From contig JADYZW010000022.1 in assembly GCA_020852955.1 (NCBI GenBank), positions 10,468 to 74,467 of the forward strand: 64,000 bases of DNA, read 5' to 3'. Positions 20,267 through 30,347 of the stretch are shown here, one piece after another. The number at the start of each line of letters is the position of its first letter. The first letter of the stretch is position 1. Source of the DNA: Deltaproteobacteria bacterium. Its GTDB lineage: Bacteria > Desulfobacterota > Binatia > UTPRO1. A model generated the notes under the pieces. The model searched no databases. It was not told where the DNA came from and saw only the letters and a program-made list of their open reading frames with translations. Made by a program: the position numbers and the translations under genes.

Positions 20267-20631
20267 TCGGATACGTCACCCTCGGCACCAACGACCTCCA
20301 GCGCGCCGCCATGTTCTACGACGCGCTCCTCGGCGAGCTCGGCGCGAAGCGCGCCATGGAGATGGAGAGCTTCATCGCGTGGGCGACCGCCCCGAACACG
20401 CCGATGATCGCGGTCATCAAGCCCTTCGACAAGAAGCCGGCGACCGTCGGGAACGGCGTCATGGTCGCCATCATGGTGGACGCGAAGGACAAGGTGCACG
20501 CCCTCCACGCCAAGGCGCTCGCGCTCGGCGGCACGGACGAAGGCGCCCCCGGCCCGCGCGGCCCGGCCTTCTACGCTGGCTACTTCCGCGACCTCGACGG
20601 CAACAAGCTGAACGCGTTCTTCCTCGGCTGA
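20263..20631 (+). CDS. VOC (glyoxalase/bleomycin-resistance) family protein
   Basis: 122 aa. GYVTLGTNDL...FYDALL and ...YFRDLDGNKL blocks. ATGA overlap with the HAD gene. Confidence 0.8.
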   Translation: MIGYVTLGTNDLQRAAMFYDALLGELGAKRAMEMESFIAWATAPNTPMIAVIKPFDKKPATVGNGVMVAIMVDAKDKVHALHAKALALGGTDEGAPGPRGPAFYAGYFRDLDGNKLNAFFLG

Positions 20632-20644
20632 GCCACGCGCTCGA

Positions 20645-20682
20645 CTGCGGCGCGGCGACATTCGCCGCGCCGCAGTTTGCGC
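20645..20682 (+). terminator. intrinsic terminator after the VOC gene
   Basis: Perfect 13-bp stem (ctgcggcgcggcg / cgccgcgccgcag), 5-nt loop, followed by tttgcgctt. Confidence 0.6.
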
Positions 20683-20765
20683 TTGCGCGTCGCCTCGACG
20701 AGGCGCATGCTCCCCCTCCCATCGCGAAGCCCGGTGCGGCGTGACCAAGGAGGGTAGGGCGGTTC

Positions 20766-23700
20766 ATGAGCTTCGTTCATCTCCACTTGCACACCCAGTA
20801 CAGTCTCCTCGACGGTGCCAACAAGATCGCGAAGCTGATCCCGCAGGTGAAGGCGCTCGGGATGCCCGCGGTCGCCATGACCGATCACGGCAACATGTTC
20901 GGCGCCATCGAGTTCTACAAGACGTGCGTCGCGAACGCGGTGCAGCCGATCATCGGCTGCGAGGTCTATCTCGCCCCGCGCGGCCGCACCGAGCGCGCCC
21001 AGCAGCAACGCTCCGACGACTACGAGGCCGGCGGCAACTTCCACATGATCCTGCTCGCCATGAACATGCAGGGCTACAAGAACCTCTGCAAGATGGTGAG
21101 CCTCTCCTACCAGGAGGGCTTCTACTTCAAGCCGCGCATCGACAAGGATCTCCTGCGCGAGCTGAACGGCGGACTGATCGCGACGAGCGGCTGCCTCTCG
21201 GGCGAGATCAATCGCGCCTTCGCGGCCGACAACTACGCCAGGGGTCGCGAGATCGCGACCGAGTATCTGCGAATCTTCGGCGACCGCTACTACCTCGAGA
21301 TCCAGGACAACCACATCCCCGTCCAGAACACGTGCAACCAGATGCTGAAGGAGCTCGGAAAGGATCTCGGCATTCCGCTGCTCGCCACCAACGACTGTCA
21401 CTACCTCACCAAGGAGGACGCCCGCGCCCACGAGGTGCTGCTCTGCATCCAGACCGGGAAAACGCTGAACGACCCGGCGCGCTGGAGGTTCGACACCGAC
21501 CAGCTCTACGTGAAGGGACTCGACGATCTGCGCGAGGCGTTCGCGGACGTCCCGGAGGCCATCGCGAACACCCTCGCGGTCGCGAAGCGCTGTGATCTCG
21601 AACTCAAGAGTCACGACTACGAATTCCCGGCCTACCGGACGGATCCGGGCGAGTCGCTCGAGCAGCGGCTCGACAGAGCGGCGCGCGCGGGGCTGGAGGA
21701 GCGGCTCGCCGCCGGCTGCGGAACGAGCCAGAACCCGATCACGGGGGAGGCGGCGCAGCCCTATTGGGATCGGCTCGAGTTCGAGCTCGCGAGCATCAAC
21801 AAGCTGCAGTTCGCAGGCTATTTCCTGATCGTCTCCGACTTCATCACGTGGGCGAAGGGCCAGGGCATCCCGGTGGGGCCCGGTCGAGGATCCGCGGCGG
21901 GCTCGCTCGTCGCGTATGCGCTCCGGATCACGGACCTCGATCCGCTCCCCTACAAGCTGATCTTCGAGCGCTTCCTGAATCCGGGCCGCAAGTCGATGCC
22001 CGACATCGACGTCGACTTCTGCTACGAGCGCCGCGAGGAAGTCATCCGCTACGTGCGCGAGAAGTACGGCGAGGACCGCGTCGCCGGCATCATCACGTTC
22101 GGAACCCTCAAGGGAAAGGCCGCCATCAAGGACGTCGGGCGAGTCCTCGAGTTCTCGTACGGCGAGACCGATAAGATGGCGAAGCTCTACCCGGCGCCGG
22201 CGCAAGGCAAGGACCACCCGCTCGAGAAGGCGCTCGAGATCGAGCCGAAGCTCCGCGAGATGCGCGACCGCGGCACCGATCGCGAGCGCGAACTCTTCGA
22301 CTACGCGTTCCGCCTCGAAGGGCTGATGCGGCACGCGTCGCGCCACGCGGCGGGCATCGTCATCGCGAACCGTCCGCTCTCCGAGTATCTGCCGCTCTTC
22401 GTCGACAAGGAAGGGGCCGTCCTCACGCAATACTCGATGAACGACGTCGAGTGGATCGGGCTCATCAAGTTCGACTTTCTCGGCCTCAAGACCCTGACCT
22501 TCCTCGCCGACGCCGTGGCGATCATCCGCGCCCGCCGCCCCGAGGCGCGGGACCTCGACCTCGCGAAGCTCCCGCTCGACGACGCCAAGACCTACAAGCT
22601 TCTCGCGAAGGGCGACACCGTCGGCATCTTCCAGATGGAATCGGGCGGCATGCGGAAGATGATCACGCAGCTCCGCCCGAGCCGCTTCGAGGACCTGATC
22701 GCCGCGCTGGCGCTCTTCCGACCTGGTCCGCTCGACAGCGGCATGGACCAGGATTTCATCAAGCGGAAGCACGGCAAGGAGAAGATCGTCTACGACCACC
22801 CGCTGCTCGAGGGCGTGCTGAACGAGACCTACGGCACGATGATCTACCAAGAACAAGTCATGCAGATCGCCCAGACGCTCGCGGGCTACTCGCTCGAGGA
22901 CGCCGATAACCTTCGCAAGGCGATGGGAAAGAAGCGACCGGAGGAGATGGACAAGGAGCGCGACCGCTTCCAGAAGGGCGCAGTCGGGCAAGGCATCAAG
23001 GCCGAGCTCGCGACACGCATCTTCGAGCAGATGGAGAAGTTCGCGTCGTACGGCTTCAACAAGTCCCACAGCGCCGCTTACGCGCTGATCTCCTTCCAGA
23101 CCGCGTACCTCAAGGCGCACTATCCGACGGAGTTCATGGCGGCGCTGCTCTCGCTGGAGATGGGCGACACCGACAGCACCTACAAGAACATCGCCGAATG
23201 CCGCGCCCACGGGATCGCGATTCTGCCGCCGGACATCAACGAGAGCGGCGAGCGATTCACCGTGGCCGCGGCGCAAGGCGCCACGAGCAAGGGAATCCGC
23301 TTCGGGCTCGGCGCAGTGAAAGGCGTCGGCTCGAAAGCGATCGAGATCATCCAGCGGGCGCGTGACGAGGGCGGTCCGTACAGGGATCTCTCGGACTTCT
23401 GCCACCGGGTTCGCGGCCAGCAGATCAACCGCCGCGTGCTCGAGTCGCTGATCAAATGCGGTGCCTTCGACTCCCTGCATCCGTCGCGCGCGATGCTGCT
23501 CTCGGAGGGCGAGATGGGTGCGACCGCCCATCTCGACCGCGTCCTGCAGTGGGCCGCGACCGCCGGCGAGTCGGCGGGGCAGATCACGCTCTTCAAGCTC
23601 GAGAGCGTCGCGCCGCCGAAGCCGCCCGTCAACGTGGCGGAGTGGAGCGACAAGCAGCGGCTCTCGGCCGAGAAGGAGACCGTCGGCTTCTACATCACGG

Positions 23701-24275
23701 GCCATCCGCTCGACCGCTACGACCACGACCTGCGCCGCCTCGTCAGCGCGGCCATCACGGACCTCGGGGGCCGGCAGAACGGCGAGCAGATCAAGGCGGG
23801 CGGTGTCGTCCACACGCTCAAGCTCAAGAACAACAAGAAGGGCGACCGCTACGCGACCTTCAACCTCGAGGACAAGAGCGGCACGATCGAGGTCATCGTG
23901 TGGCCCGAGGCCTTCCGCAAGTACGAGCCCCGCATCGTCTCCGACGAGCCGATCTACGTCGCCGGCAAGCTCGAGGTCGGAGAGGACCGCTGCCAGATCA
24001 TCGCCGACGAGATCGGCATGCTCGCCGACATGCGCTTCAAGCACGCGAAGGAGGTGTGCCTGGTCTTCCAGGAGGGCCTCACGCCCGAGCGCGCTCAGGC
24101 GTTGTCGCGAGCGCTCCAGGCGCACCCGGGCACCCGCGCCGTCTCGCTCCAGGTCACGGACGACGACCAGAGCATCGTCGCCAATGTGCGCCTGCCGAAG
24201 TTCAAGGTCTCGCCGAACGAGAAGCTCGCCGACGCGGTCGAGCGGCTCGGAGCCCGCATCAACTACATCCAGTAG
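20766..24275 (+). CDS. dnaE: DNA polymerase III alpha subunit
   Basis: 1169 aa. PHP domain FVHLHLHTQYSLLDG, polymerase core, OB fold. Full length. Confidence 0.98.
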   Translation: MSFVHLHLHTQYSLLDGANKIAKLIPQVKALGMPAVAMTDHGNMFGAIEFYKTCVANAVQPIIGCEVYLAPRGRTERAQQQRSDDYEAGGNFHMILLAMNMQGYKNLCKMVSLSYQEGFYFKPRIDKDLLRELNGGLIATSGCLSGEINRAFAADNYARGREIATEYLRIFGDRYYLEIQDNHIPVQNTCNQMLKELGKDLGIPLLATNDCHYLTKEDARAHEVLLCIQTGKTLNDPARWRFDTDQLYVKGLDDLREAFADVPEAIANTLAVAKRCDLELKSHDYEFPAYRTDPGESLEQRLDRAARAGLEERLAAGCGTSQNPITGEAAQPYWDRLEFELASINKLQFAGYFLIVSDFITWAKGQGIPVGPGRGSAAGSLVAYALRITDLDPLPYKLIFERFLNPGRKSMPDIDVDFCYERREEVIRYVREKYGEDRVAGIITFGTLKGKAAIKDVGRVLEFSYGETDKMAKLYPAPAQGKDHPLEKALEIEPKLREMRDRGTDRERELFDYAFRLEGLMRHASRHAAGIVIANRPLSEYLPLFVDKEGAVLTQYSMNDVEWIGLIKFDFLGLKTLTFLADAVAIIRARRPEARDLDLAKLPLDDAKTYKLLAKGDTVGIFQMESGGMRKMITQLRPSRFEDLIAALALFRPGPLDSGMDQDFIKRKHGKEKIVYDHPLLEGVLNETYGTMIYQEQVMQIAQTLAGYSLEDADNLRKAMGKKRPEEMDKERDRFQKGAVGQGIKAELATRIFEQMEKFASYGFNKSHSAAYALISFQTAYLKAHYPTEFMAALLSLEMGDTDSTYKNIAECRAHGIAILPPDINESGERFTVAAAQGATSKGIRFGLGAVKGVGSKAIEIIQRARDEGGPYRDLSDFCHRVRGQQINRRVLESLIKCGAFDSLHPSRAMLLSEGEMGATAHLDRVLQWAATAGESAGQITLFKLESVAPPKPPVNVAEWSDKQRLSAEKETVGFYITGHPLDRYDHDLRRLVSAAITDLGGRQNGEQIKAGGVVHTLKLKNNKKGDRYATFNLEDKSGTIEVIVWPEAFRKYEPRIVSDEPIYVAGKLEVGEDRCQIIADEIGMLADMRFKHAKEVCLVFQEGLTPERAQALSRALQAHPGTRAVSLQVTDDDQSIVANVRLPKFKVSPNEKLADAVERLGARINYIQ

Positions 24276-24287
24276 GCGCTCCCGCCG

Positions 24288-25046
24288 GTGGCGATCGACA
24301 CCGTCTTCCTCGACGCCGGCGGCGTCCTGGTCTTCCCGAACTGGCATCGCGTCGCCGCGGCGCTCGCGCGTCACGGCCTCACGACGACCGCCGAGGCCTT
24401 GGCCGCGGTCGAGTGGCGCGCCAAGCACGAGGTCGACACCGGCGCGGCGGGGCAGTCCGACCTCGTGCGCGGCTGGCTCGTGTTCGGCCGCGTGTTCGCG
24501 CGTGCGGGCGTGACCGGGAGCGACGCGGCCGGCCGCCCGCCCACGCGCCGTGCCGCGGCCCGGCACCCGGACGACTCCGCAACCGCCGACGCCGTCGATC
24601 GGGCGATCGGCGACCTGCAGCGCTACCACGCGGACCACAACCTCTGGGAGCGCGTGCCGCCCGACGTCATCCCCGCGCTCCGCCGGCTGCGCGGCGCCGG
24701 TAGGAAGCTCGTCGTCGTCTCCAACGCCAACGGCCGCATGCGGGCGGCGCTCGATCGGGTCGGCCTCGGACCGCACATCGACCTCGTGGTCGACTCGTTC
24801 GAGGAGGGCGTCGAGAAGCCGAATCCGCAGATCTTCGCGCGCGCCCTTGAACGCATCGGGGCGCGCCCGACGACGACGCTGCACGTCGGCGACCTGTTCC
24901 ATACCGACGTCGTCGGCGCGCGCGCCGCCGGGCTCCGGGCCGTCCTCCTCGACATGGCCGATCTCTACGGCGGCTTCGAGTGCGAGCGCGTACGCTCCCT
25001 CGCCGAGCTCGCCGACCGCCTCGACGGCGTGTCGGGAGATTCCTGA
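24288..25046 (+). CDS. HAD-superfamily hydrolase
   Basis: 252 aa, GTG start. Motif I VFLDAGGVL, VVSNANG, KPNPQIF, VGDLFHTDVVGA. Confidence 0.75.
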   Translation: MAIDTVFLDAGGVLVFPNWHRVAAALARHGLTTTAEALAAVEWRAKHEVDTGAAGQSDLVRGWLVFGRVFARAGVTGSDAAGRPPTRRAAARHPDDSATADAVDRAIGDLQRYHADHNLWERVPPDVIPALRRLRGAGRKLVVVSNANGRMRAALDRVGLGPHIDLVVDSFEEGVEKPNPQIFARALERIGARPTTTLHVGDLFHTDVVGARAAGLRAVLLDMADLYGGFECERVRSLAELADRLDGVSGDS

Positions 25047-25177
25047 GAGAGCGCCTCTGCGGCGGGCATTCGCCGCGGCGCGGACGAAGCACCGACGAAC
25101 GCCGCCTCCGATCGCGGCGGCCGCCCACGCGAGGTCATGGACGCGCGGGCTTCGTTTCGCGCGGACCCTGTGTCAGG

Positions 25178-26515
25178 ATGGCCCCGATGAAGGGTGGCAT
25201 GCGGGACGTCGGACAGCCGATCGAGCGCGCGGTGCTCGTCGGAATCGACACCGGCGGCCCGCGTCAGGACGGCGCGAGCATCGGCGCGGAGGAGTCCCTG
25301 CGCGAGCTCGAGCGGCTCGCCCGGACGGCCGGCGTCGAGCCGGTCGCGACCCTGCACCAGAGCATCCGCCAGATCAGCCCGGCGACCTACATCGGCAAGG
25401 GCAAGGTCGAGGAGCTGACCGAACGCGCCAAAGCGCTCGGCGCGTCGGCCGTCCTGATCGACGAAAACCTGTCTCCCGGCCAACAGCGGACACTCACCGA
25501 GCGCATCGGCGTGAAGGTTCTCGACCGCAGCCAGCTCATCCTCGACATCTTCGCGGCCCGTGCGCGCAGTCTCGAAGGCAAGCTGCAGGTGGAGCTCGCG
25601 CAGCTCGAGTACATGCTGCCGCGGCTGACGCGCGCCTGGACACACCTCTCCCGCCTCGGCGGCGGCGGCGTCGGCACGCGCGGCCCCGGCGAGACGCAGC
25701 TCGAGGTCGATCGGCGGCGCGTGCGCGAGAAGATCGTGCGCTTGAAGCGGCGGATCGCGGAGGTAGAGCGAACCCGCGAGCTCCACCGCAAGGAGCGTGC
25801 CGACGTGCCCTACGTGACGATCGCACTCGTCGGCTACACCAACGCAGGAAAGTCGACGCTCATGAACGCGCTCACGGACGCCGGCGTACTGGTCGAGGAC
25901 AAGCTCTTCGCGACCCTCGATCCGACGATACGGCGGCTCGACCTTCCGGGCGGTGCGCGCGCCCTCCTGGTCGACACGGTGGGCTTCATCCACCGCCTGC
26001 CGCACCAGCTGATCGAGGCCTTCAAAAGCACCCTCGAAGAGGTCCGGCGCGCCGACCTCCTGCTACACGTCGTCGACGCGACGAACCCGGAAGCCGCGCA
26101 GCAGATCGCGATCGTCGAACGGGTCCTCGAGGAGATCGGCGCCGGCGCGACGCCGACGATCCTCGCCTGGAACAAGATCGACCGCACGGGGGAGAGCGAA
26201 GCGCCGCCGCGGGATGTGACAACGCATCCTCGGATCGTCGACGTCGCCGCCATCTCGGCCGCGACCGGGCGGGGCCTTCACGAGCTTCTCGGCACGATCG
26301 AACGCTGGCTCGATCGCGAGCGGGTGCGGATCGAGGTGACGATCCCCGCGAGCCGCGGCGATCTGCTCGCGTGGGTGCATCGCGCCGCCAAGGTGGTGGA
26401 CGAACGGTACGAGGACGGCGTGGCGCGGGTGACGGCGCTTGCGAGCCCGAAGCTCGCGGGACAGCTCCGGAAGCGGCTCGAGGTGACGGCGTGCTCAACG
26501 TTCCCAACGTCCTGA
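25178..26515 (+). CDS. hflX: GTPase HflX
   Basis: Inner ATG, about 445 aa, start approximate. HflX N-domain (LSPGQQRTLTERIGVKVLDRSQLILDIF), G domain GYTNAGKSTL / DTVGF / NKID. Confidence 0.9.
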   Translation: MAPMKGGMRDVGQPIERAVLVGIDTGGPRQDGASIGAEESLRELERLARTAGVEPVATLHQSIRQISPATYIGKGKVEELTERAKALGASAVLIDENLSPGQQRTLTERIGVKVLDRSQLILDIFAARARSLEGKLQVELAQLEYMLPRLTRAWTHLSRLGGGGVGTRGPGETQLEVDRRRVREKIVRLKRRIAEVERTRELHRKERADVPYVTIALVGYTNAGKSTLMNALTDAGVLVEDKLFATLDPTIRRLDLPGGARALLVDTVGFIHRLPHQLIEAFKSTLEEVRRADLLLHVVDATNPEAAQQIAIVERVLEEIGAGATPTILAWNKIDRTGESEAPPRDVTTHPRIVDVAAISAATGRGLHELLGTIERWLDRERVRIEVTIPASRGDLLAWVHRAAKVVDERYEDGVARVTALASPKLAGQLRKRLEVTACSTFPTS

Positions 26516-27045
26516 CCCTCATCCGCATCCTCACGATCCCCGCGTTCCTCATCCTGCTCACGAGCGGACGGCCCGGAATCGCGCTCGCGATCTTCGTCGC
26601 GGGCGGCGTCACCGACGCGCTCGACGGCGCGATCGCGCGCCTCACCGACACCAAGACCGAGCTCGGCGCCATCCTCGACCCGCTCGCCGACAAGCTCCTC
26701 CTGCTGAGCTCGTTCTGCGTGCTCGCCCTCATGGACCTCGTGCCGAACTGGCTGACCGTGCTCGTGCTCTTCCGGGACACTCTCCTCCTCGTCGGCTACT
26801 TCTTCCTCTTCGTGTTCACCGGCGAGTGGATCGAGGTGCGGCCGAGCGTCATCGGCAAGGTGACGACGTTCTTCCAGCTGGCCTCGGTCACGCTCGTGCT
26901 CGTGAGCGTCTCCTGGCCCGACGCGATCCCTCCGCCCGTTCGGCTCACGCTCTTCGCCGGCGCCGCGACGTTCACCGCGCTCTCGGGCCTCCAGTACATG
27001 GCGCGCGGCCTACGCTGGCTGAGCGTCCGCGACGGCGGGACCTGA
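26491..27045 (+). CDS. CDP-alcohol phosphatidyltransferase (PgsA-like)
   Basis: GTG at 26491, in frame in the 24550..27045 ORF. 184 aa. Signature DALDGAIARLTDTKTELGAILDPLADK. Overlaps the hflX end by 25 nt. Confidence 0.85.
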   Translation: MLNVPNVLTLIRILTIPAFLILLTSGRPGIALAIFVAGGVTDALDGAIARLTDTKTELGAILDPLADKLLLLSSFCVLALMDLVPNWLTVLVLFRDTLLLVGYFFLFVFTGEWIEVRPSVIGKVTTFFQLASVTLVLVSVSWPDAIPPPVRLTLFAGAATFTALSGLQYMARGLRWLSVRDGGT

Positions 27046-27101
27046 TCGCACTTCGCGCCGCGCCGAGGCTCAGGTATGGTTTCCGTGTGCCTCGTCCCGC
27101 G

Positions 27102-27857
27102 ATGCAGACGTTGCTGCCGACCGTCATCGAGGCCGGCGAGCTCGCGCGGAGCTTCTTCCGCAACGTCGCCGCCGAGCGCAAGACCGACCAGACGCTGGTG
27201 ACGGCCGCCGACCGCGCCGTCGAAGCCTTCCTGACGCCGCGGCTGTCGGCGCTCCTGCCCGGCGCACGGATCCTCGGCGAGGAGTTCGGCGCGACGGGCG
27301 CCACCGACGCCGAGTACACCCTCACGCTCGATCCGATCGACGGCACCGCCGCCTTCGTCTCCGGGCTGCCGACCTGGTGCATCGCGCTCGGGCTCCTGCG
27401 CCGCGGGGTGCCGGTCGGCGGCGTCACCTATCTCCCGATGACGGGGGAGACCTACCTCGCGGACGAGGACGTCGCGCAGTGGAACGGCCGCTCGCTCGCG
27501 CGGCCGGCCGGCGCCGCGGGAGAGGGCGACCTCTTCATGCTGACGCACTCGGAGTACCATCGCGGCGAGGCGCGACGATTTCCCGGCAAAATCCGCTCGC
27601 TCGGCTCGACGGCCTACCACATGGCGCTGGTGGCACGCGGCGCCGCGGTCGCCGCGATCCTCGGCCGACCCAGACTCTGGGACGTCGCGGCGGGCGCCGC
27701 GATGTTGCGCGCGATCGGCGGCGAGCTGCGGTACCGCTCGGGAGCGGCCGCCGACCTCCGCGCGCTCCTCGGCGGCGAGCGGGCGCCGGATCAGCTGGTC
27801 GCCGCGGCGCCCGGGATGATCGACGAGATCCTGACGCTGGTCGGTCCGACGCCATGA
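27102..27857 (+). CDS. inositol monophosphatase-family protein (SuhB/CysQ-like)
   Basis: 251 aa from the inner ATG. LGEEFG, LDPIDGTAAF, WDVAAGAAM motifs. Confidence 0.85.
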   Translation: MQTLLPTVIEAGELARSFFRNVAAERKTDQTLVTAADRAVEAFLTPRLSALLPGARILGEEFGATGATDAEYTLTLDPIDGTAAFVSGLPTWCIALGLLRRGVPVGGVTYLPMTGETYLADEDVAQWNGRSLARPAGAAGEGDLFMLTHSEYHRGEARRFPGKIRSLGSTAYHMALVARGAAVAAILGRPRLWDVAAGAAMLRAIGGELRYRSGAAADLRALLGGERAPDQLVAAAPGMIDEILTLVGPTP

Positions 27858-28588
27858 ATCCCTCCGGGCGAACGGCCCTCGTGACCGGCGCCGCGCGCCG
27901 CCTCGGCCGCGCCATCGCCGAGGACCTGGCCGCCGCGGGGGCGCGCGTCGCCGTCTGTCACCGCACGTCGACGGCCGAGGCCCAGGCGGTGATCGCCGGC
28001 ATCCGCGCGCGCGGCGGGGTCGCTGAGGCCTTCACGGCGGACCTCGCCGACCCGGGCGCGGTCGAGCGCCTCGCCGCCGACGTGACCGACCGCATGGGGC
28101 CGGTCGACGTGCTCGTCAACAACGCCTCGGTATTCTACCCGACGCCGCTCGACACCCTCGACGTCGAGGCGTGGGACGCGGTGATGGCGGTGAACCTCAC
28201 GGCGCCCTTCCTGCTCGCGCTCCTGCTCGGACGCGCCATGCGCGCCCGGGGGGCCGGCAAGATCGTGAACCTCGCCGACATCGCCGCCGAGCGCCCGCAC
28301 CCCGGCTATCTGCCGTACGGCATCTCGAAAGCGGGGATCGTGGCCCTCACGCGCGGACTCGCGCTCGAGCTCGCTCCAGCGGTGCAGGTGAACTGCGTCG
28401 CGCCCGGTCCGATCCTCGCGCCGATCGACGCCACGCCCGCGTCGACCGCCGCGCTCGTGCGGGGCACGCCGCTCGGCCGGCTCGGCGACGCGCGCGACGT
28501 CGCCGCGGCGGTGCGCTTCCTCGTGACCGGAAGCGACTTCGTGACCGGCACGACGGTCGTCGTCGACGGGGGCCGGGCGCTCGCCTGA
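27854..28588 (+). CDS. SDR-family oxidoreductase (pteridine-reductase-like)
   Basis: 244 aa. TGAARRLG Rossmann motif, NNAS, catalytic Y..SK (YGISKAG). ATGA overlap with the upstream gene. Confidence 0.85.
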   Translation: MNPSGRTALVTGAARRLGRAIAEDLAAAGARVAVCHRTSTAEAQAVIAGIRARGGVAEAFTADLADPGAVERLAADVTDRMGPVDVLVNNASVFYPTPLDTLDVEAWDAVMAVNLTAPFLLALLLGRAMRARGAGKIVNLADIAAERPHPGYLPYGISKAGIVALTRGLALELAPAVQVNCVAPGPILAPIDATPASTAALVRGTPLGRLGDARDVAAAVRFLVTGSDFVTGTTVVVDGGRALA

Positions 28589-28604
28589 GCGCCTCCGACC
28601 GCGC

Positions 28605-29522
28605 GTGCGTTATCTGATCGGCCGCCTCGCCTGGGCGCTCGTCATCCTCCTCTGCGCCACCTGGATCACCTTCGGGATCGTCTTTCTCGTCCCCGGCGAT
28701 CCCGCACGCGTCGTCGCCGGACCGCGCGCCGACGCCGCGACGCTCGCGGCCATCCGTCATGAGCTCGGGCTCGACCGCTCGTTGCCGGCGCAGTACGGCC
28801 GCTACCTCTGGCGGCTCGCGCGCGGCGACCTCGGCCGCTCCTACGCCAATCGACAGCCGGTCGCGGCCACGCTCGCCCGCTGCCTGCCGGCGACCGCGAC
28901 GCTCGCCGCCGCCAGCCTCGCGATCGCGCTCGTCGTGGGGCTCGCGGGCGGCCTCGCGACTGCGCCGTTCGCCGGACGTTTCGTCGACCGGGCGGCGCTC
29001 GTCTGCTCGCTCGCGATCCTGTCGGCCCCCGTCTTCTGGTTCGGCATGATCGCGCTCTACTGGCTCGGCTTCCGCTGGCGGCTCGTCCCGCTCGGTGGCG
29101 CCGGAACTCTCCGGCACCTCCTGCTCCCGGCGCTCGTCCTCGGCGTCGGCACCGGCGTGTACTATGCGCGCCTCCTCCACACGAGCCTGCGGGACGTGCT
29201 CACGCTCGACTACATGCGCGCCGCGCGCGCCCGCGGCGTCGGTCCGGTGCGCCTGCTGGCCGTGCACGCGCTCCGGAACGCCGCCTTGCCCCTCCTCACC
29301 ATCGTCGGCCTCGACTTCGCGGCGCTCATGAACGGCGTCGTCCTCACCGAGACCGTCTTCCACTGGCCCGGGCTCGGCCGGCTGGCCTTCGACGCCGTGC
29401 TCGCCCTCGACGTCCCGATCATCATGGGCACGGTGCTGCTCGGCGCCGCATTCGTGGTCGTCACGAATCTCGTCGTCGATCTCCTCTACCGGATCGTCGA
29501 TCCGCGCATCCGTCTCGGATGA
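28605..29522 (+). CDS. ABC transporter permease (DppB/OppB type)
   Basis: 305 aa, GTG start, six TM helices. Start sequence RYLIGRLAWAL and the YMRAARARG EAA-loop region are typical of peptide/nickel permeases. Confidence 0.88.
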   Translation: MRYLIGRLAWALVILLCATWITFGIVFLVPGDPARVVAGPRADAATLAAIRHELGLDRSLPAQYGRYLWRLARGDLGRSYANRQPVAATLARCLPATATLAAASLAIALVVGLAGGLATAPFAGRFVDRAALVCSLAILSAPVFWFGMIALYWLGFRWRLVPLGGAGTLRHLLLPALVLGVGTGVYYARLLHTSLRDVLTLDYMRAARARGVGPVRLLAVHALRNAALPLLTIVGLDFAALMNGVVLTETVFHWPGLGRLAFDAVLALDVPIIMGTVLLGAAFVVVTNLVVDLLYRIVDPRIRLG

Positions 29523-30337
29523 TCCCCGGGACACGACACGGGCTCCTCGGAGTCGGACTCGCGATGGGCGCGCTGCTCGTCGCGATCGCGATCATGGGGC
29601 CGGCGCTCGCCCCCTACGATCCGACGGCGCCCGTCGCGCCCCGGCTCGCGGAGCCCTCGCCGCCGGGCGCGCCCTTCTGGCTCGGCACCGACGATCTCGG
29701 CCGCGACGTGCTCTCGCGCCTCCTTCATGGGGCGCGCATCTCGCTCCTGGTCGGCCTCGTCGCGATGGTCGTGACGATGACGATCGGCACCGCCATCGGG
29801 CTCACCGCGGGCTACTTCGGAGGTGTCGTCGACGTCCTCTTGATGCGGCTCACGGACGTGATGCTGGCGTTTCCCGGCCTGCTGCTCGCGGTTGCGCTCG
29901 TCGCCGTTATGCGGCCGAGCGTGTGGACGATCTTCGTGGTGATCGGGCTCGTCAGCTGGACCGGGGTGGCGCGCGTCGTCCGGAGCGAAGCCTTGTCGCT
30001 CCGCGAGCGCGACTTCGTGCTCGCGGCGCGCGCGCTCGGCGCGAGCCACGCGCGCATCGTCGCACGCCACGTCCTGCCCAACGTCGCGCCCACGCTCGTC
30101 GCGATCGCGGCCCTCAGCACTTCGGGAACGATCCTCCTCGATGCCGGCCTGAGCTTCCTCGGCATCGGCGTTCCGCCGCCGACGCCGACCTGGGGACGCA
30201 TGATCCAGGAAGCCTCGGCGTACTACCGGGTCGCACCCTGGCTGATGGCCTTTCCAGGCCTCGCCGTGCTCTACGCGGTGCTAGCGTTCAACCTGGTCGC
30301 GTACGGGCTCGCGGATCGCGGGACGTCCGCGCGATGA
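29519..30337 (+). CDS. ABC transporter permease (DppC/OppC type)
   Basis: 272 aa. LGTDDLGRDVLSRLLHG and FVLAARALGAS blocks. ATGA overlap. Confidence 0.88.
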   Translation: MIPGTRHGLLGVGLAMGALLVAIAIMGPALAPYDPTAPVAPRLAEPSPPGAPFWLGTDDLGRDVLSRLLHGARISLLVGLVAMVVTMTIGTAIGLTAGYFGGVVDVLLMRLTDVMLAFPGLLLAVALVAVMRPSVWTIFVVIGLVSWTGVARVVRSEALSLRERDFVLAARALGASHARIVARHVLPNVAPTLVAIAALSTSGTILLDAGLSFLGIGVPPPTPTWGRMIQEASAYYRVAPWLMAFPGLAVLYAVLAFNLVAYGLADRGTSAR

Positions 30338-30347
30338 GCCGGCGGCG

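Noticed and set aside
20580-24902. 1440-aa ORF on the minus strand
   Set aside because: It lies exactly antisense to dnaE and the HAD gene. The sequence is Arg/Ala/Asp/Leu-rich with no recognisable domain. It is a typical shadow ORF of high-G+C DNA, where stop codons are rare in antisense frames.
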